Positions 49,572 to 59,336 of a stretch of DNA of 64,000 bases are shown piece after piece. Each line of letters opens with the position of its first letter. The stretch's first letter is position 1. Position numbers and translations under genes: made by a program. This DNA comes from Polyangiaceae bacterium. GTDB lineage: Bacteria; Myxococcota_A; Polyangia; Polyangiales; Polyangiaceae. The notes beneath the pieces were generated by a model. That model saw only the letters and a program-made list of their open reading frames with translations. It was not told where the DNA came from and did no database searches. The DNA lies in NCBI GenBank assembly GCA_033763455.1, contig JANRKO010000033.1, positions 160,001-224,000 on the forward strand. Direction: 5' to 3'.

Positions 49572-51512
49572 CTAGGGGTTTTGGAGCAACTTCACCAGGA
49601 AGGCCGAGCCATTCGCAGGATTGAGATGGGTGCCCAACATATCGATTCCAAGATTCTCAGTCGAGCCAACAATATACAAGGAATAGTTAGTGTCCACCGC
49701 CAGCCCTTGGATCGTACTCGGGCCGCCGTCGTAAACCTGCGACCAACGGTGTGCCCCGCTGGAGGTAAGGCTCACCAAGAATAGCCCGTCAGCGATGCTC
49801 AGATTACCTCCGCCATAGTTGATGGTGCCTGTCTGATCCCCAGCGAGATACACATTGCCGTCCTTATCAACGGCGATCGCATTTCCCTGATCTGCACCGT
49901 TCGAGCCGAATCCAAGCGACCAGCGGTGAGCTAGTGTGTTGGTGAAGCTGGCGACGAAGATGTCGGTATTACCTTTGGTGGTGAGCGTCGCCCCGCCGAA
50001 ATTGATCGAGTTTCTGAAGTAGCCGGTGATATAGATGTTGCCTGAAGGGTCCTGGGCTGCGTCCGTGATAGCGTCGTCGCCTCCTGCACCGAATGTAGCA
50101 ACCGTGGAGTAAACACCTCCCAGTGTGTAGGTGGCGATTGCGGCGTTGAAAGGTGCATTGTACGTACGTCCGAACGCGTACGTTGCCGCGGAGCTCTCGA
50201 TCGCCTGAAACCAGTGGTAATTGGGACGAGTGCTGGCAGCGAGCAAGGTGCCACTGCTGTTGAACACGGCCAAGTAACCCGAGCCGCCGCTGGCGTTGAG
50301 GACGGTGCCATCCACATTAAGGTTAGATTCATGGGCGCCGAACATGAAGACATTCCCCGACGTGCCCACCGCAACCCCTTCGGTGTTGGCATCGGCGAGC
50401 GAGTACGTACTGAGCAGAGCGCGCTTCATCCAGACCGCTTGTCCATTGGTGTCCATGACACCGACGGCGGCACCACCAGTGGTGCCCGTGGCTACTTGAA
50501 GCCCATTCAGCGTCAATGTTCCTTGATCGATGCTAATCGCGAATGCAGTGCCCGCTCCTGTGCTCGCTAGCCCCATGGTGGCATCAGCGCGCGCAAGCGT
50601 AGGATGGGTAGACCAGCGGTGGGTACCGGCTGAATTGTAGCTCGCAAAGAATCCGTCGGTGCCCTGGTTGCCGGACACGAGGTTGCCACCCCCAAAATTG
50701 GCGGTTCCGTCAAAGACACCGCCGATCTGCACGTTGTTGCTGGCGTCAACACACACGGAGGTCGTGTAGTCATCACTCGCGCCGCTGCCGCTAATCTGCT
50801 GACTAGCGGCAACTGACGAGGGCGCATTTGCGGGCGCTCCACCGGTTCCAGCTCCGCCAGTTCCAGCTCCACCGGTTCCAGCTCCGCCAGTCCCAGCCCC
50901 ACCAGTTCCAGCTCCACCAGTTCCGGCTCCACCAGTTCCGGCTCCACCAGTTCCGGCTCCGCCAGTCCCAGCTCCACCAGTTCCAGCTCCACCAGTTCCG
51001 GCTCCACCAGTGCCAGCTCCACCAGTTCCAGCTCCACCGGTTCCGGCTCCACCGGTTTCAGCTCCACCAGTGCCAGCTCCACCAGTTCCAGCTCCACCGC
51101 TCGAGCTCCCACCCGTTGCGGTCCCGCCACTGGCTTCGGTGCTACCGCCGCCCGTGCCACCATTCGAGGGTGTCCCTCCGGCAAAGGCCATTGTCCCGCC
51201 GGCCCCACTTCCGGGCACGCCACCCGCAGCGTTGGGAGTACCACCTGCCCCCCCAACCCCAGAGGCGGCCTCTACGGGAGCGACGCCACCAGTTTGACCG
51301 TTGCTCCCGCCAAGCGATCCACTTGAGGTTTGAACCATGCCCGCATTGCCCCCCGTTGAAGCTCCCGGCATGCCAGCGACTATCCCGCCAAGATCGGTCG
51401 TTTCGTCGAAAGGCAGTGAGTCGTAACCAAACGCGCACATTGTAAGCAGCGCTGGCAACGCACCCATAGCCAGCTTCTCTGCAACCCGATGCGTACGTAG
51501 AATCTGAGACAC
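49572..51512 (-). CDS. Secreted SBBP-repeat beta-propeller protein with GGAGT linker
   Basis: AGGA RBS and GTG start, hydrophobic N-terminus, repeats such as DPSGNIYITGYF, DKDGNVYLAG, SG.HRWS. Confidence 0.82.
   Translation of the reverse strand: MSQILRTHRVAEKLAMGALPALLTMCAFGYDSLPFDETTDLGGIVAGMPGASTGGNAGMVQTSSGSLGGSNGQTGGVAPVEAASGVGGAGGTPNAAGGVPGSGAGGTMAFAGGTPSNGGTGGGSTEASGGTATGGSSSGGAGTGGAGTGGAETGGAGTGGAGTGGAGTGGAGTGGAGTGGAGTGGAGTGGAGTGGAGTGGAGTGGAGTGGAGTGGAGTGGAGTGGAPANAPSSVAASQQISGSGASDDYTTSVCVDASNNVQIGGVFDGTANFGGGNLVSGNQGTDGFFASYNSAGTHRWSTHPTLARADATMGLASTGAGTAFAISIDQGTLTLNGLQVATGTTGGAAVGVMDTNGQAVWMKRALLSTYSLADANTEGVAVGTSGNVFMFGAHESNLNVDGTVLNASGGSGYLAVFNSSGTLLAASTRPNYHWFQAIESSAATYAFGRTYNAPFNAAIATYTLGGVYSTVATFGAGGDDAITDAAQDPSGNIYITGYFRNSINFGGATLTTKGNTDIFVASFTNTLAHRWSLGFGSNGADQGNAIAVDKDGNVYLAGDQTGTINYGGGNLSIADGLFLVSLTSSGAHRWSQVYDGGPSTIQGLAVDTNYSLYIVGSTENLGIDMLGTHLNPANGSAFLVKLLQNP
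50836..51098. repeat. 15-bp coding tandem repeat, 17 units (GGAGT)
   Basis: GCTCCACC(A/G)GTTCC(A/G)-type units from 50836 to 51090 plus a partial unit. Variation is mostly synonymous; one unit reads GGAET. Confidence 0.95.
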
Positions 51513-51933
51513 TCCTGACGTCGATGAACGGCACGCACCCCATAGTGTTTAGTGGGAACTTCGCAGCAGCCCTAGCCAACAATGTAGCCGCGTGCCGGTT
51601 CTGCTCGTGTGAGGGCCGACACTTCCACACTATTCAGCGACTTTCGGCTGGCGTCCGCCATGCGATCACAGCTATCTACAGGAAGTCCCAATCACCTAAT
51701 CGTGCCGTGGTTATGGTGAATGAATCCACCAACGTGGAGCCTTCTACGCGCTTGCAGCTCCTCCGCTTGGAGCTCTTGTTCCCTGCGCGGAACGACAACG
51801 GCAAGCCTGCCTGGTGTACGATTTGGCACACTCTGATACAGCAGCGATCCCACCTCGCCCAAAGCCCGCAGCATGGGCCGAAGGAAGCTGAACGCCCAGC
51901 GTTCAGTGCTTTTCTGTAGTGCGACGAACCAAG

Positions 51934-52218
51934 TCATCGATCGCTAGCAATTACGGCGGATTGCCATGGGTTACCTGCGGATTCGTGGCGACAATGCCCG
52001 CCCAGGCCATGCACCGCAATCTCGAGCACACCGAGCCGATACCTGTGCACAAGCACGGCATGACCCATCTCGTGGATGCAGATGAGCAAGACATACGAGA
52101 ACCAAGAACCAGGTGCGAGCCGGAACCCACTGAATGCCAGCGCCCCGATAAGCACGGACCAGTGCAAGCGAATGGGTGCGCCGTGCCACGCCGCAATCTG
52201 CCACCATCCGCCGCGCAT
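51934..52218 (-). pseudogene. 3'-truncated site-2 protease (M50) remnant
   Basis: PIRLHWS...IHEMGHA...HGLGG.C...AVIA then SDR-stop at 94 aa. The NxxPxxxLDG half is missing. Confidence 0.7.
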
Positions 52219-52436
52219 ACGTCCACACATAACACAACGCTCTTTCGGAAACGCAAGGTACTTGCCATGACAAGCACCCTTTCGTCGCCGTGAAGGGGCC
52301 TGCCGCGCTCCATGAGTGGGCCGACGTTTCCCAGCAGTAGCCGCCTGAAAACCGGCCGCCTGCGAGGAATAGCCGCTCCGCATGCCCACCGTTGCTGGGG
52401 AGCGACAACTCCCCAAAGACGCGCTAGAGAGCGCCC

Positions 52437-54170
52437 ATGCTGGATCCGGCCGCGCTCCTTTCACAACGACTCACCGACGCTATTTGCAAAGCACTGGGCG
52501 ACGAATTCCGTGACACGGATCCCCTGCTACGCTCTTCTCAGCATTCGGACTTCCAGGCGAATGTGGCCATGCCGCTCGCAAAGCGCCTGGGACAGAAGCC
52601 GCGCGATATTGCTGCCAAGATCGTTGAAAATCTCGAGGTGAGTGATCTCTGCGCGAAGGTGGAGCTGGCGGGGCCGGGCTTCATCAATCTCAGCTTGAAA
52701 GCTGAAACCGTGGCTCAGGCGCTGATGACAGCGCTTACGTCAAGTACTTGGGCACCCCCCACCACCCAAAAGCAAACCGTTGTTATCGACTACTCAGGTC
52801 CGAACGTGGCCAAGGAAATGCACGTTGGCCACCTCCGCAGCACCATTATTGGCGATGCTTTTGCTCGCATTTTCACCGCCCTTGGGCACCAGGTGATCCG
52901 GCAAAATCACATTGGGGATTGGGGCACGCCGTTTGGCATGCTGATCGAGCTCCTACTTGAGCTTGGGGAGCGACAAGGCACTGAGCTACTTTCGATGGGA
53001 GAGCTCAATCAGTTCTATAAGATCGCGCGAATGAAGTTCGATTCCGATCAAGCTTTTGCTGATCGCGCGCGTGAACGCGTGGTGAAGCTGCAAGCGCTTG
53101 ACACAGAGACCCTGAAGTTTTGGAAGCTTTTGGTGGACAAATCTGCCGAGTATTTTTCGCGTGTGTACCAAGAGCTTGGCATTTTGCTCACTCCTTTGGA
53201 TATTCGGGGTGAAAGTTTCTACAACCCTTACTTAGACGGCACGGTAAAGGAGCTCTTGGAGCTCGGAATAGCGCGCGTCGATCAAGAAGCGGTGTGCGTT
53301 TTCCCGACTGGCTTTGTGGGCCGAGAAGGCGAGCCTTTGCCGCTCATTATTCAAAAAAGAGAAGGCGGTTATGGCTACGCGAGTACGGATCTTGCGGCGC
53401 TCCGCTACCGGGTGCGCGACCTTTCTGCCAACCGCATTCTTTACGTGGTGGGCAGCCCGCAACAGCAACACTTCGCAATGGTGTTCAAAACCGCTGAAAT
53501 GGCTGGCTGGCTCACTTCTGGAGTGAGAGCGGAGCACGTAGGGTTCGGTTCGATTTTGGGCGCCGATAAGAAGATGTTCAAGACGCGTGCGGGGGATACC
53601 GTGCGCTTGATCGATCTGATTGAGGAGGCCATCACGCGTGCACGCACGGTCGTCTCCGAGAAGAACCCAGAGCTCGGAGAGGAAACCACGGAAGAGGTGG
53701 CACGCCAAATCGGCATTGGCGCGCTCAAATACGCCGATCTTTCAAGCGATCGCGTGAAAGATTACGTATTCGACTACGACCGCATGCTCTCTTTCGAAGG
53801 CAATACGGGGCCATACCTGCAATATGCCCACGCTCGCATTTGCTCCATCTTCCGCCGTGCCGAGCTCGATCCGAGTGCAGCCAGTGGCCCCATCTTGATC
53901 GAAGCCCCCCAAGAGCGCGCCCTGGCGCTCCATTTGCTCAGCTTTGGCAATATTGTCAGCAACGTTGCCGAGAGCCTAGAGCTGCAACGGCTCTGTACGT
54001 ATCTTTACGAGCTTGCCACCCTTTTCATGAGTTTCTACGAACATTGCCCGGTGCTGAAAGCCGAAACGGAAACGCTGCGCACTTCGCGCCTGGCTATTGC
54101 TCGGGCCTCCGCGCTCACGCTCAAGCGGGGGCTTGGGCTCTTGGGTATCGACGCGCCGGAACGCATGTAG
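52437..54170 (+). CDS. argS: Arginyl-tRNA synthetase
   Basis: DFQAN, AGPGFIN, DYSGPNVAKEMHVGHLRSTIIGD, HIGDWGTPFGM, FKTRAG, GNTGPYLQYAHAR, APERM. Confidence 0.97.
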   Translation: MLDPAALLSQRLTDAICKALGDEFRDTDPLLRSSQHSDFQANVAMPLAKRLGQKPRDIAAKIVENLEVSDLCAKVELAGPGFINLSLKAETVAQALMTALTSSTWAPPTTQKQTVVIDYSGPNVAKEMHVGHLRSTIIGDAFARIFTALGHQVIRQNHIGDWGTPFGMLIELLLELGERQGTELLSMGELNQFYKIARMKFDSDQAFADRARERVVKLQALDTETLKFWKLLVDKSAEYFSRVYQELGILLTPLDIRGESFYNPYLDGTVKELLELGIARVDQEAVCVFPTGFVGREGEPLPLIIQKREGGYGYASTDLAALRYRVRDLSANRILYVVGSPQQQHFAMVFKTAEMAGWLTSGVRAEHVGFGSILGADKKMFKTRAGDTVRLIDLIEEAITRARTVVSEKNPELGEETTEEVARQIGIGALKYADLSSDRVKDYVFDYDRMLSFEGNTGPYLQYAHARICSIFRRAELDPSAASGPILIEAPQERALALHLLSFGNIVSNVAESLELQRLCTYLYELATLFMSFYEHCPVLKAETETLRTSRLAIARASALTLKRGLGLLGIDAPERM

Positions 54171-54251
54171 CGGGGACCGTTCTTCAGCCCCGACCTCAAT
54201 GCGAATGCCGGGGCGGGCCTTGGCCCTCCTTACCCCCCTTACTGAAGCCCC

Positions 54252-54283
54252 TGGCAATTCTAAAGTAAGCTTTGGAATTGCCA
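54252..54283. other. 14-bp-stem hairpin downstream of argS
   Basis: TGGCAATTCTAAAG-TAAG-CTTTGGAATTGCCA, with 13 of 14 Watson-Crick pairs plus one U-G. Confidence 0.7.
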
Positions 54284-54409
54284 AACCTATGCATGCTTGT
54301 CCGGGTGCGATGCCTTGAACTATCGCGTGATATCCAAAAGGTACTGAACGTGCAGACGTGCAATTCGACATTGCCGGCGCGAATGGCAGGCTGGATAATT
54401 TCACGCCCC

Positions 54410-55123
54410 ATGCCACGCTCTCTCTTCTTACTCCTCGCGTTTCCCTCCTTGCTTGCTGCGTGTTCCAGCGAAAGCACTGCGCCTGGTTCGCCAGCGAGCT
54501 CAAACGGCCCCGGCCCAATGGCAACCAAGGCTCCACCCGTGGCCACCACGCCAGCAACGGTGCCAAACGGAAATTGCCCAACACTCAAGACTACGAAGAG
54601 CGGAACTTACGTAGATTCTTTCTTCGGCGCCGGCATTTATGCGCCTCTGGCTAACATCAATGATGCTGGCTACGAAGACGCAATCGGCATTCGCCTCAAA
54701 ACGGGCTACGGCTACCTCGATAATATCACTCCGTACGAGCAGATGCCCGGCACCTTCAGCCTTACCGATCCAATCGATCAAGACGGGCGCACCTGCCGCC
54801 ACTGCGTGTACGTAGTCTCTGATGTAAGCGGGGATCATATCCAGATCCCGTACATTGCAGTATCGGGCTCGCTCGTACTTGAGTCCGTCAATCAGGACAC
54901 TGGCGAAGCCAAAGGTGAGCTCAAAGACGTGGTGTTCGCTGAAATTTCAGAGATCGAATATTACACGTGGGCGGGGCCCCTTCCGAACGGGCGTTGCTTG
55001 AAGCTCAGCAGTTTTCCCTTCGATACGCGGGCCGTGCCCGGCGGAAGCTGCAACAACGATCCCGAGGATTGCCCCAACGCCCAGCTGCAAGTGTGTACAG
55101 GCGGCAAATGCGTGAATAAGTAG
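54410..55123 (+). CDS. Hypothetical Cys-containing lipoprotein
   Basis: LLAAC lipobox, TCRHCV, C-terminal C.....DC......C....C. Confidence 0.65.
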   Translation: MPRSLFLLLAFPSLLAACSSESTAPGSPASSNGPGPMATKAPPVATTPATVPNGNCPTLKTTKSGTYVDSFFGAGIYAPLANINDAGYEDAIGIRLKTGYGYLDNITPYEQMPGTFSLTDPIDQDGRTCRHCVYVVSDVSGDHIQIPYIAVSGSLVLESVNQDTGEAKGELKDVVFAEISEIEYYTWAGPLPNGRCLKLSSFPFDTRAVPGGSCNNDPEDCPNAQLQVCTGGKCVNK

Positions 55124-55209
55124 CCTAAAAAGGCTGCGCGGTGAGCCGGCTCAGCGACGTCCACCTCTCCGCTTGGCTCTTTTCGGCCTAGCGGCTAAAA
55201 GCCCGGGCC

Positions 55210-55950
55210 ATGCAATTCACTTTGGGTGCGGGAAAATCGTTGGCAGTAATCCTAGCGTTGGCGGCGGCCTCTATCGTGTCAGGCTGCACGCCGCCCTCGC
55301 TGAAATATCCTACGCGTTCCGTATCCCCTCAAGTGTTTCGCGATCGCGTAACAACTCTAGCTTACTCCCCCCTCTTCACCACGAAAGATGCTCAAACTGA
55401 TCAGTTCGTGAACGCGGTGGGAGGTCAATTAGGTCGAAGGCTTCAATCGATAGGCGTTACGTTGCTGCGCCCCGAGCCTTGGAATGAATGCTGGCTTCCA
55501 GCGGTTGAAGAAGCAGGGGGCCTCTACAATGCCCGCACGGGGGAGTTCGACGAACAAAAGGAAGCGCGTGTGCGCTGGAAGTGCGAGCAAGATCTGGGAC
55601 AGCGCTTACGCATCGACGGTTTTCTCGAGGTAGACATAATCGCAGTAAGCGCTCCGCTCTCCCAAGATGTGGTTCGGTGGCACGGCGTTGAAGAAGATAC
55701 TCGCTCATTCGGAGATCGCTTCTGGTCCGGCAGCACCTACAGCGGCAACCTCCCGGCACTTTCACTGCTTGTGCGAATTCAAGATAAAGACGGCCACGGG
55801 CTGTTCGACAATGCGGGCGGTCTTGAGGTTGTTGGCAAGATCGAAGACGGGCAGGTGGAAAAGAAGTCCGGCCTCCTGCACAACCATGAGACGATTGCTC
55901 GCGCGGTACAGGTAGCTCTTAGGCCGTTACTTTCAGAGGAAAACGACTAA
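55210..55950 (+). CDS. Hypothetical lipoprotein
   Basis: IVSGC lipobox, 246-aa ORF. Confidence 0.65.
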   Translation: MQFTLGAGKSLAVILALAAASIVSGCTPPSLKYPTRSVSPQVFRDRVTTLAYSPLFTTKDAQTDQFVNAVGGQLGRRLQSIGVTLLRPEPWNECWLPAVEEAGGLYNARTGEFDEQKEARVRWKCEQDLGQRLRIDGFLEVDIIAVSAPLSQDVVRWHGVEEDTRSFGDRFWSGSTYSGNLPALSLLVRIQDKDGHGLFDNAGGLEVVGKIEDGQVEKKSGLLHNHETIARAVQVALRPLLSEEND

Positions 55951-56584
55951 CCCCGGAACGTAGTGCTTGTAGCGCGTAGAAAGCCCCTTTTGGACCAGCT
56001 GTGCGCGGAGCTTGAAGAAGAGTTCAAGATCCAGGCGCGTGCCATCAAGTGTGATCTGGGAGCCGCCGAGAGCCTGAGTCGGCTCTTGCAAGAAGTTTCC
56101 ATGCTGAAGCTTGATTACTTGGTTAACAACGCGGGCTTCGGGTCAGCGGGCGCCTTTATCGAGTTGGATGCGGCTCGCGAATTGGAGATGATCGCTATAA
56201 ATGTAACCTCGCTCGTGCAGCTCACTCAGGCTACGCTTCCGGGAATGCTCGCGAGAAAACGCGGCAAAATCCTCAATATTGGCTCCACGGCAGGCTTTCA
56301 ACCTGGGCCGTTCATGGCCACGTATTACGCAACGAAAGCTTTCGTGAATAGTTGGAGCGAAGCGCTTGGCTTTGAGCTTAAGGGCACAGGCGTTAGCGTT
56401 ACCGTGAGTTGCCCGGGGTCCACCAACACTGAATTTGGGCATATGCCTTAAACTCCGTGTCGCCAGCTCCGAGAGCGTGGCGTTGCGCGTAGCGCCACGC
56501 AGTGCGGTGCGTGCAGTCGTGGCAGCCCTCAACCGACCCGTGCCGTCCGCCCCGGGGATACCCAAGCTAACGGGCAAAAGCTAA
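55951..56584 (+). pseudogene. Short-chain dehydrogenase (SDR) pseudogene with multiple deletions
   Basis: Begins at RNVVLVARR with no TGxxxGxG. Keeps NNAGFG, S, YYATK and CPG.T.TEF, then stops. A shifted frame from 56447 reads LKLRVASSESVA|LRVAPRSAVRAVVAALNR, which look like C-terminal remnants. Confidence 0.8.
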
Positions 56585-57142
56585 GCGCGCGCGCATGCCC
56601 CAACGCGTGCTCATCCCCACCGTCTTGCTCGTAATTTTGCCTGTATCGCTCAGGAAATAGTTCGTGGGAAATGCACGAACCGCGTAATTGGAAACGACTC
56701 GATCCGAAGCCAGAAGCACCGGGTAATGAATGTCGTGTTCTTTGGCGAATTGCCGAAGCCGTTCAACATCGTCCGCATCTGACACCACGCTGAGCACAAC
56801 CGCATCCGGGCCCGCCTGAGCCGCCACATCGTTCAGGGCACCAAATTCGCGGCGACACACGCCACACCACGTTGCCCAAAAGTGAAGCAGCACCCGCTTG
56901 CCCCGAAAGGACTCAAGGGACACAGGCTTTCCGTCAAGATCGCTCAGTACGAAACCTGGCGCCGTTCCGGCAATCAGATCCCGTTCGTTGTAGGCACTGA
57001 CCCCAAAGTACACAACCACAAGAAGCAGTACCTGCCCAAGCCAACTCAACCACTTGCGACGAGGGGCAGCGGGCTTGCGCACCGACTCGGCGGGAACAGC
57101 CGGAGTGGGATCCGCGGGTGGCGTTGATGCTGAGTCGCTCAT
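56567..57142 (-). CDS. TlpA/redoxin-family thiol-disulfide oxidoreductase
   Basis: TM anchor, LSDLDG, LHFWATWCGVC, V.AFPT. Confidence 0.9.
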   Translation of the reverse strand: MSDSASTPPADPTPAVPAESVRKPAAPRRKWLSWLGQVLLLVVVYFGVSAYNERDLIAGTAPGFVLSDLDGKPVSLESFRGKRVLLHFWATWCGVCRREFGALNDVAAQAGPDAVVLSVVSDADDVERLRQFAKEHDIHYPVLLASDRVVSNYAVRAFPTNYFLSDTGKITSKTVGMSTRWGMRARLAFAR

Positions 57143-57383
57143 ACAGGTGGGGTCGAAGTTGGGCGATGAGGCGGGTTCGGCCGTGCTGGCTCTCTAACTC
57201 CGGCCGCACGCTGTAGCACAATACCAAGGCGCACGTTCCCGAGCCACGTTACGGTAGCCGGACTCGGCCCTCCGAGAACCACCCCAGGCCACTAAGCGAT
57301 GCGTTTCCGTCGCTCGGCAGGGCGCTCCCAGTATAGGATGCGCCCCCGAAATCCCCCTTTCAGGACTTTAAGGAACCACACGC

Positions 57384-58544
57384 ATGGCAACCACACTTCG
57401 CAGAAAACTTCGACTCGGAATGATTGGCGGCGGCAAGGGTGCGTTTATCGGTGCCGTTCATCGCATCGCCGCACGCTTGGATAATCGCTACGAGCTCGTT
57501 GCAGGCGCGCTTTCGTCGGATCCCACGCGTGCGCGCGAGTCAGCAATTGAACTTGGGATTGCGGAAGGCCGCGCCTACGGCTCGTACGCCGAGATGATCG
57601 AAAAAGAAAAGCGCCGTGCCGACGGCGTAGATGTGGTTTCAATTGTAACCCCCAATCACATGCACTTCGGTCCCGCCAAGGCGTGCCTGGAGGCTGGCAT
57701 TCACGTGATCTGCGACAAGCCACTCACCACCACGGTGAGCGACGCCGAAGAATTAGTGGCACTCGTGGAGAAGACAGGGCTCGTGTTCGGCGTGACGCAC
57801 AACTACACCGGTTATCCGATGATTCGCCAGGCGCGAGAAATGGTGAGAAGCGGAGAGCTTGGCGCCATTCGCGTGGTTCAGGCAGAATACCCGCAAGGCT
57901 GGCTCGCCACGAATCTCGAAGGAACTGGCCAAAAACAGGCCGCTTGGCGCACCGATCCTACACAGAGCGGTCAGGGTGGTTGCCTCGGCGATATTGGTAC
58001 CCACGCCTTTAACCTGGCAGCATTTGTGAGTGGGCTACGCGTGAGCGAGCTTGCGGCGGATCTTGGAACCTTCGTTCCTGGGCGCCAGGTGGACGACAAC
58101 GTGCACGTACTCTTGCGTTACGCCAATGGCGCCAAAGGCATGTTGTGGTCGAGCCAAGTGGCCGTGGGCCACGAAAACAGCCTCAAGCTCCGCGTCTACG
58201 GCGAGAGAGGCAGCTTGCTCTGGGAACAAGAGCACCCGAATCACCTCACCCACCTGCGTCTGAACGACACACCCAGGCTGCTCACGCGTGGTGGCGCGGG
58301 GCTTGGTGCGGCAGCGGGGCACGCCACCCGAATCCCTTCGGGACACCCGGAAGGCTACCTGGAAGGTTTCGCCCAGCTGTACGCGGATCTCGCCGAGCAG
58401 ATCTCTGCGGCCATCGAGAAGAGAAAGCCCAACGAGGCGGCATTGCTAGTGCCCACGGTGAAAGATGGCCTCGATGCCATGCGTTTCATCCAGAAGACCG
58501 TGGAATCCAGCCAGAAAAACACCAGCTGGGTGAAGCTCGCCTAG
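57384..58544 (+). CDS. Gfo/Idh/MocA-family oxidoreductase
   Basis: GMIGGG.GAFIGAVH, TPNHMH, CDKP, GDIGTH, P.GHPEGY.E.FA. Confidence 0.93.
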   Translation: MATTLRRKLRLGMIGGGKGAFIGAVHRIAARLDNRYELVAGALSSDPTRARESAIELGIAEGRAYGSYAEMIEKEKRRADGVDVVSIVTPNHMHFGPAKACLEAGIHVICDKPLTTTVSDAEELVALVEKTGLVFGVTHNYTGYPMIRQAREMVRSGELGAIRVVQAEYPQGWLATNLEGTGQKQAAWRTDPTQSGQGGCLGDIGTHAFNLAAFVSGLRVSELAADLGTFVPGRQVDDNVHVLLRYANGAKGMLWSSQVAVGHENSLKLRVYGERGSLLWEQEHPNHLTHLRLNDTPRLLTRGGAGLGAAAGHATRIPSGHPEGYLEGFAQLYADLAEQISAAIEKRKPNEAALLVPTVKDGLDAMRFIQKTVESSQKNTSWVKLA

Positions 58545-58546
58545 GA

Positions 58547-58585
58547 CGCCGCTCGTAGTTTCTAGGCTAAAGCGGCGGTATTTTT
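58547..58585 (+). terminator. Possible intrinsic terminator
   Basis: CGCCGCT...AGCGGCG stem followed by GTATTTTT immediately after the Gfo stop. Confidence 0.45.
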
Positions 58586-58604
58586 GTAGGCGGAGGCTTA
58601 AGAT

Positions 58605-58663
58605 TCGGACTGACAAGTCCGATTGAAACGACTAGGGTCTGAACCCCAAACGATTCTGTTCAG
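58605..58663. promoter_or_regulatory. Candidate TetR operator palindromes
   Basis: TCGGACT-GACA-AGTCCGA (58605-58622) and CTGAAC-N13-GTTCAG (58639-58663) upstream of the TetR gene. Confidence 0.45.
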
Positions 58664-58689
58664 TGTTCTTCGCTTCAATCTAGGTCCCC

Positions 58690-59331
58690 ATGACAACCTC
58701 CGAAATCGAACGCCGGCAAGCCATTCTTGGCGCGGCTGAGCGCCTTTTCTGCCACTACGGCTCCGGCAAGACGACGATCGGCGACATCGCCAAAGAAGTG
58801 GGTATCGGCGTCGGCAGCGTTTACCTGGAATTTGATTCGAAGGACGACATCGTTACCGAGCTCACCCGGCAGCGTCACCGGGACGTGCTAGAGGCCATGC
58901 GGCAAGCAGCGCGAGAAGGCACTTTCGCCGAACGCCTCACCCGAATGATGGTGGCGCGAACACAGGCTCTCTTTAAGTTCTCTGAGCTCGGCACCCACGC
59001 CTGTGAGCTCATTCAGTGTGACGGCCAAGCACCGAAGCATTGGGGCGCCACTACTTCTGACGAAGAGGTCACCCTGCTGGCGGCATTGATTGAGCGCGGC
59101 GGGCGGGAGAGTGAATTCGCGATGCACAACCCGCGCGCGATTGCCGAGCTCATTTTGCGCGCTTTTGCCACCTTAACCCCGCCTTTTATCTTCCAGCTTT
59201 CGGAGCGCGAAGCGCTGCGCGCAGTGCAAGAGCTTGCCGGCCTGCTGTTGAACGGCATCGTCGCGCGCCCAAGAACTTCCGCAACGGCTGCCGCAAGTTC
59301 ACCGCGACGCCAACGGTTTGGAAGTCGCTAG
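58690..59331 (+). CDS. TetR/AcrR-family transcriptional regulator
   Basis: ILGAAERLF..YG..KTTIGDIAKEVGIGVGSVYLEFDSKDDI. Confidence 0.92.
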   Translation: MTTSEIERRQAILGAAERLFCHYGSGKTTIGDIAKEVGIGVGSVYLEFDSKDDIVTELTRQRHRDVLEAMRQAAREGTFAERLTRMMVARTQALFKFSELGTHACELIQCDGQAPKHWGATTSDEEVTLLAALIERGGRESEFAMHNPRAIAELILRAFATLTPPFIFQLSEREALRAVQELAGLLLNGIVARPRTSATAAASSPRRQRFGSR

Positions 59332-59336
59332 TTCTC

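Noticed and set aside
50836..51098. 15-bp repeat as CRISPR, or the ELVEL and HQFRL ORFs in other frames as genes
   Set aside because: Variation is mostly synonymous in the GGAGT frame of the propeller gene, so the other frames are shadows.
51524..51919. Transposase fragment
   Set aside because: Only vague resemblance, with no DDE motif or terminal repeats.
54790..54810. TCRHC as a heme c motif
   Set aside because: It is CxxC followed by Val, not CxxCH.
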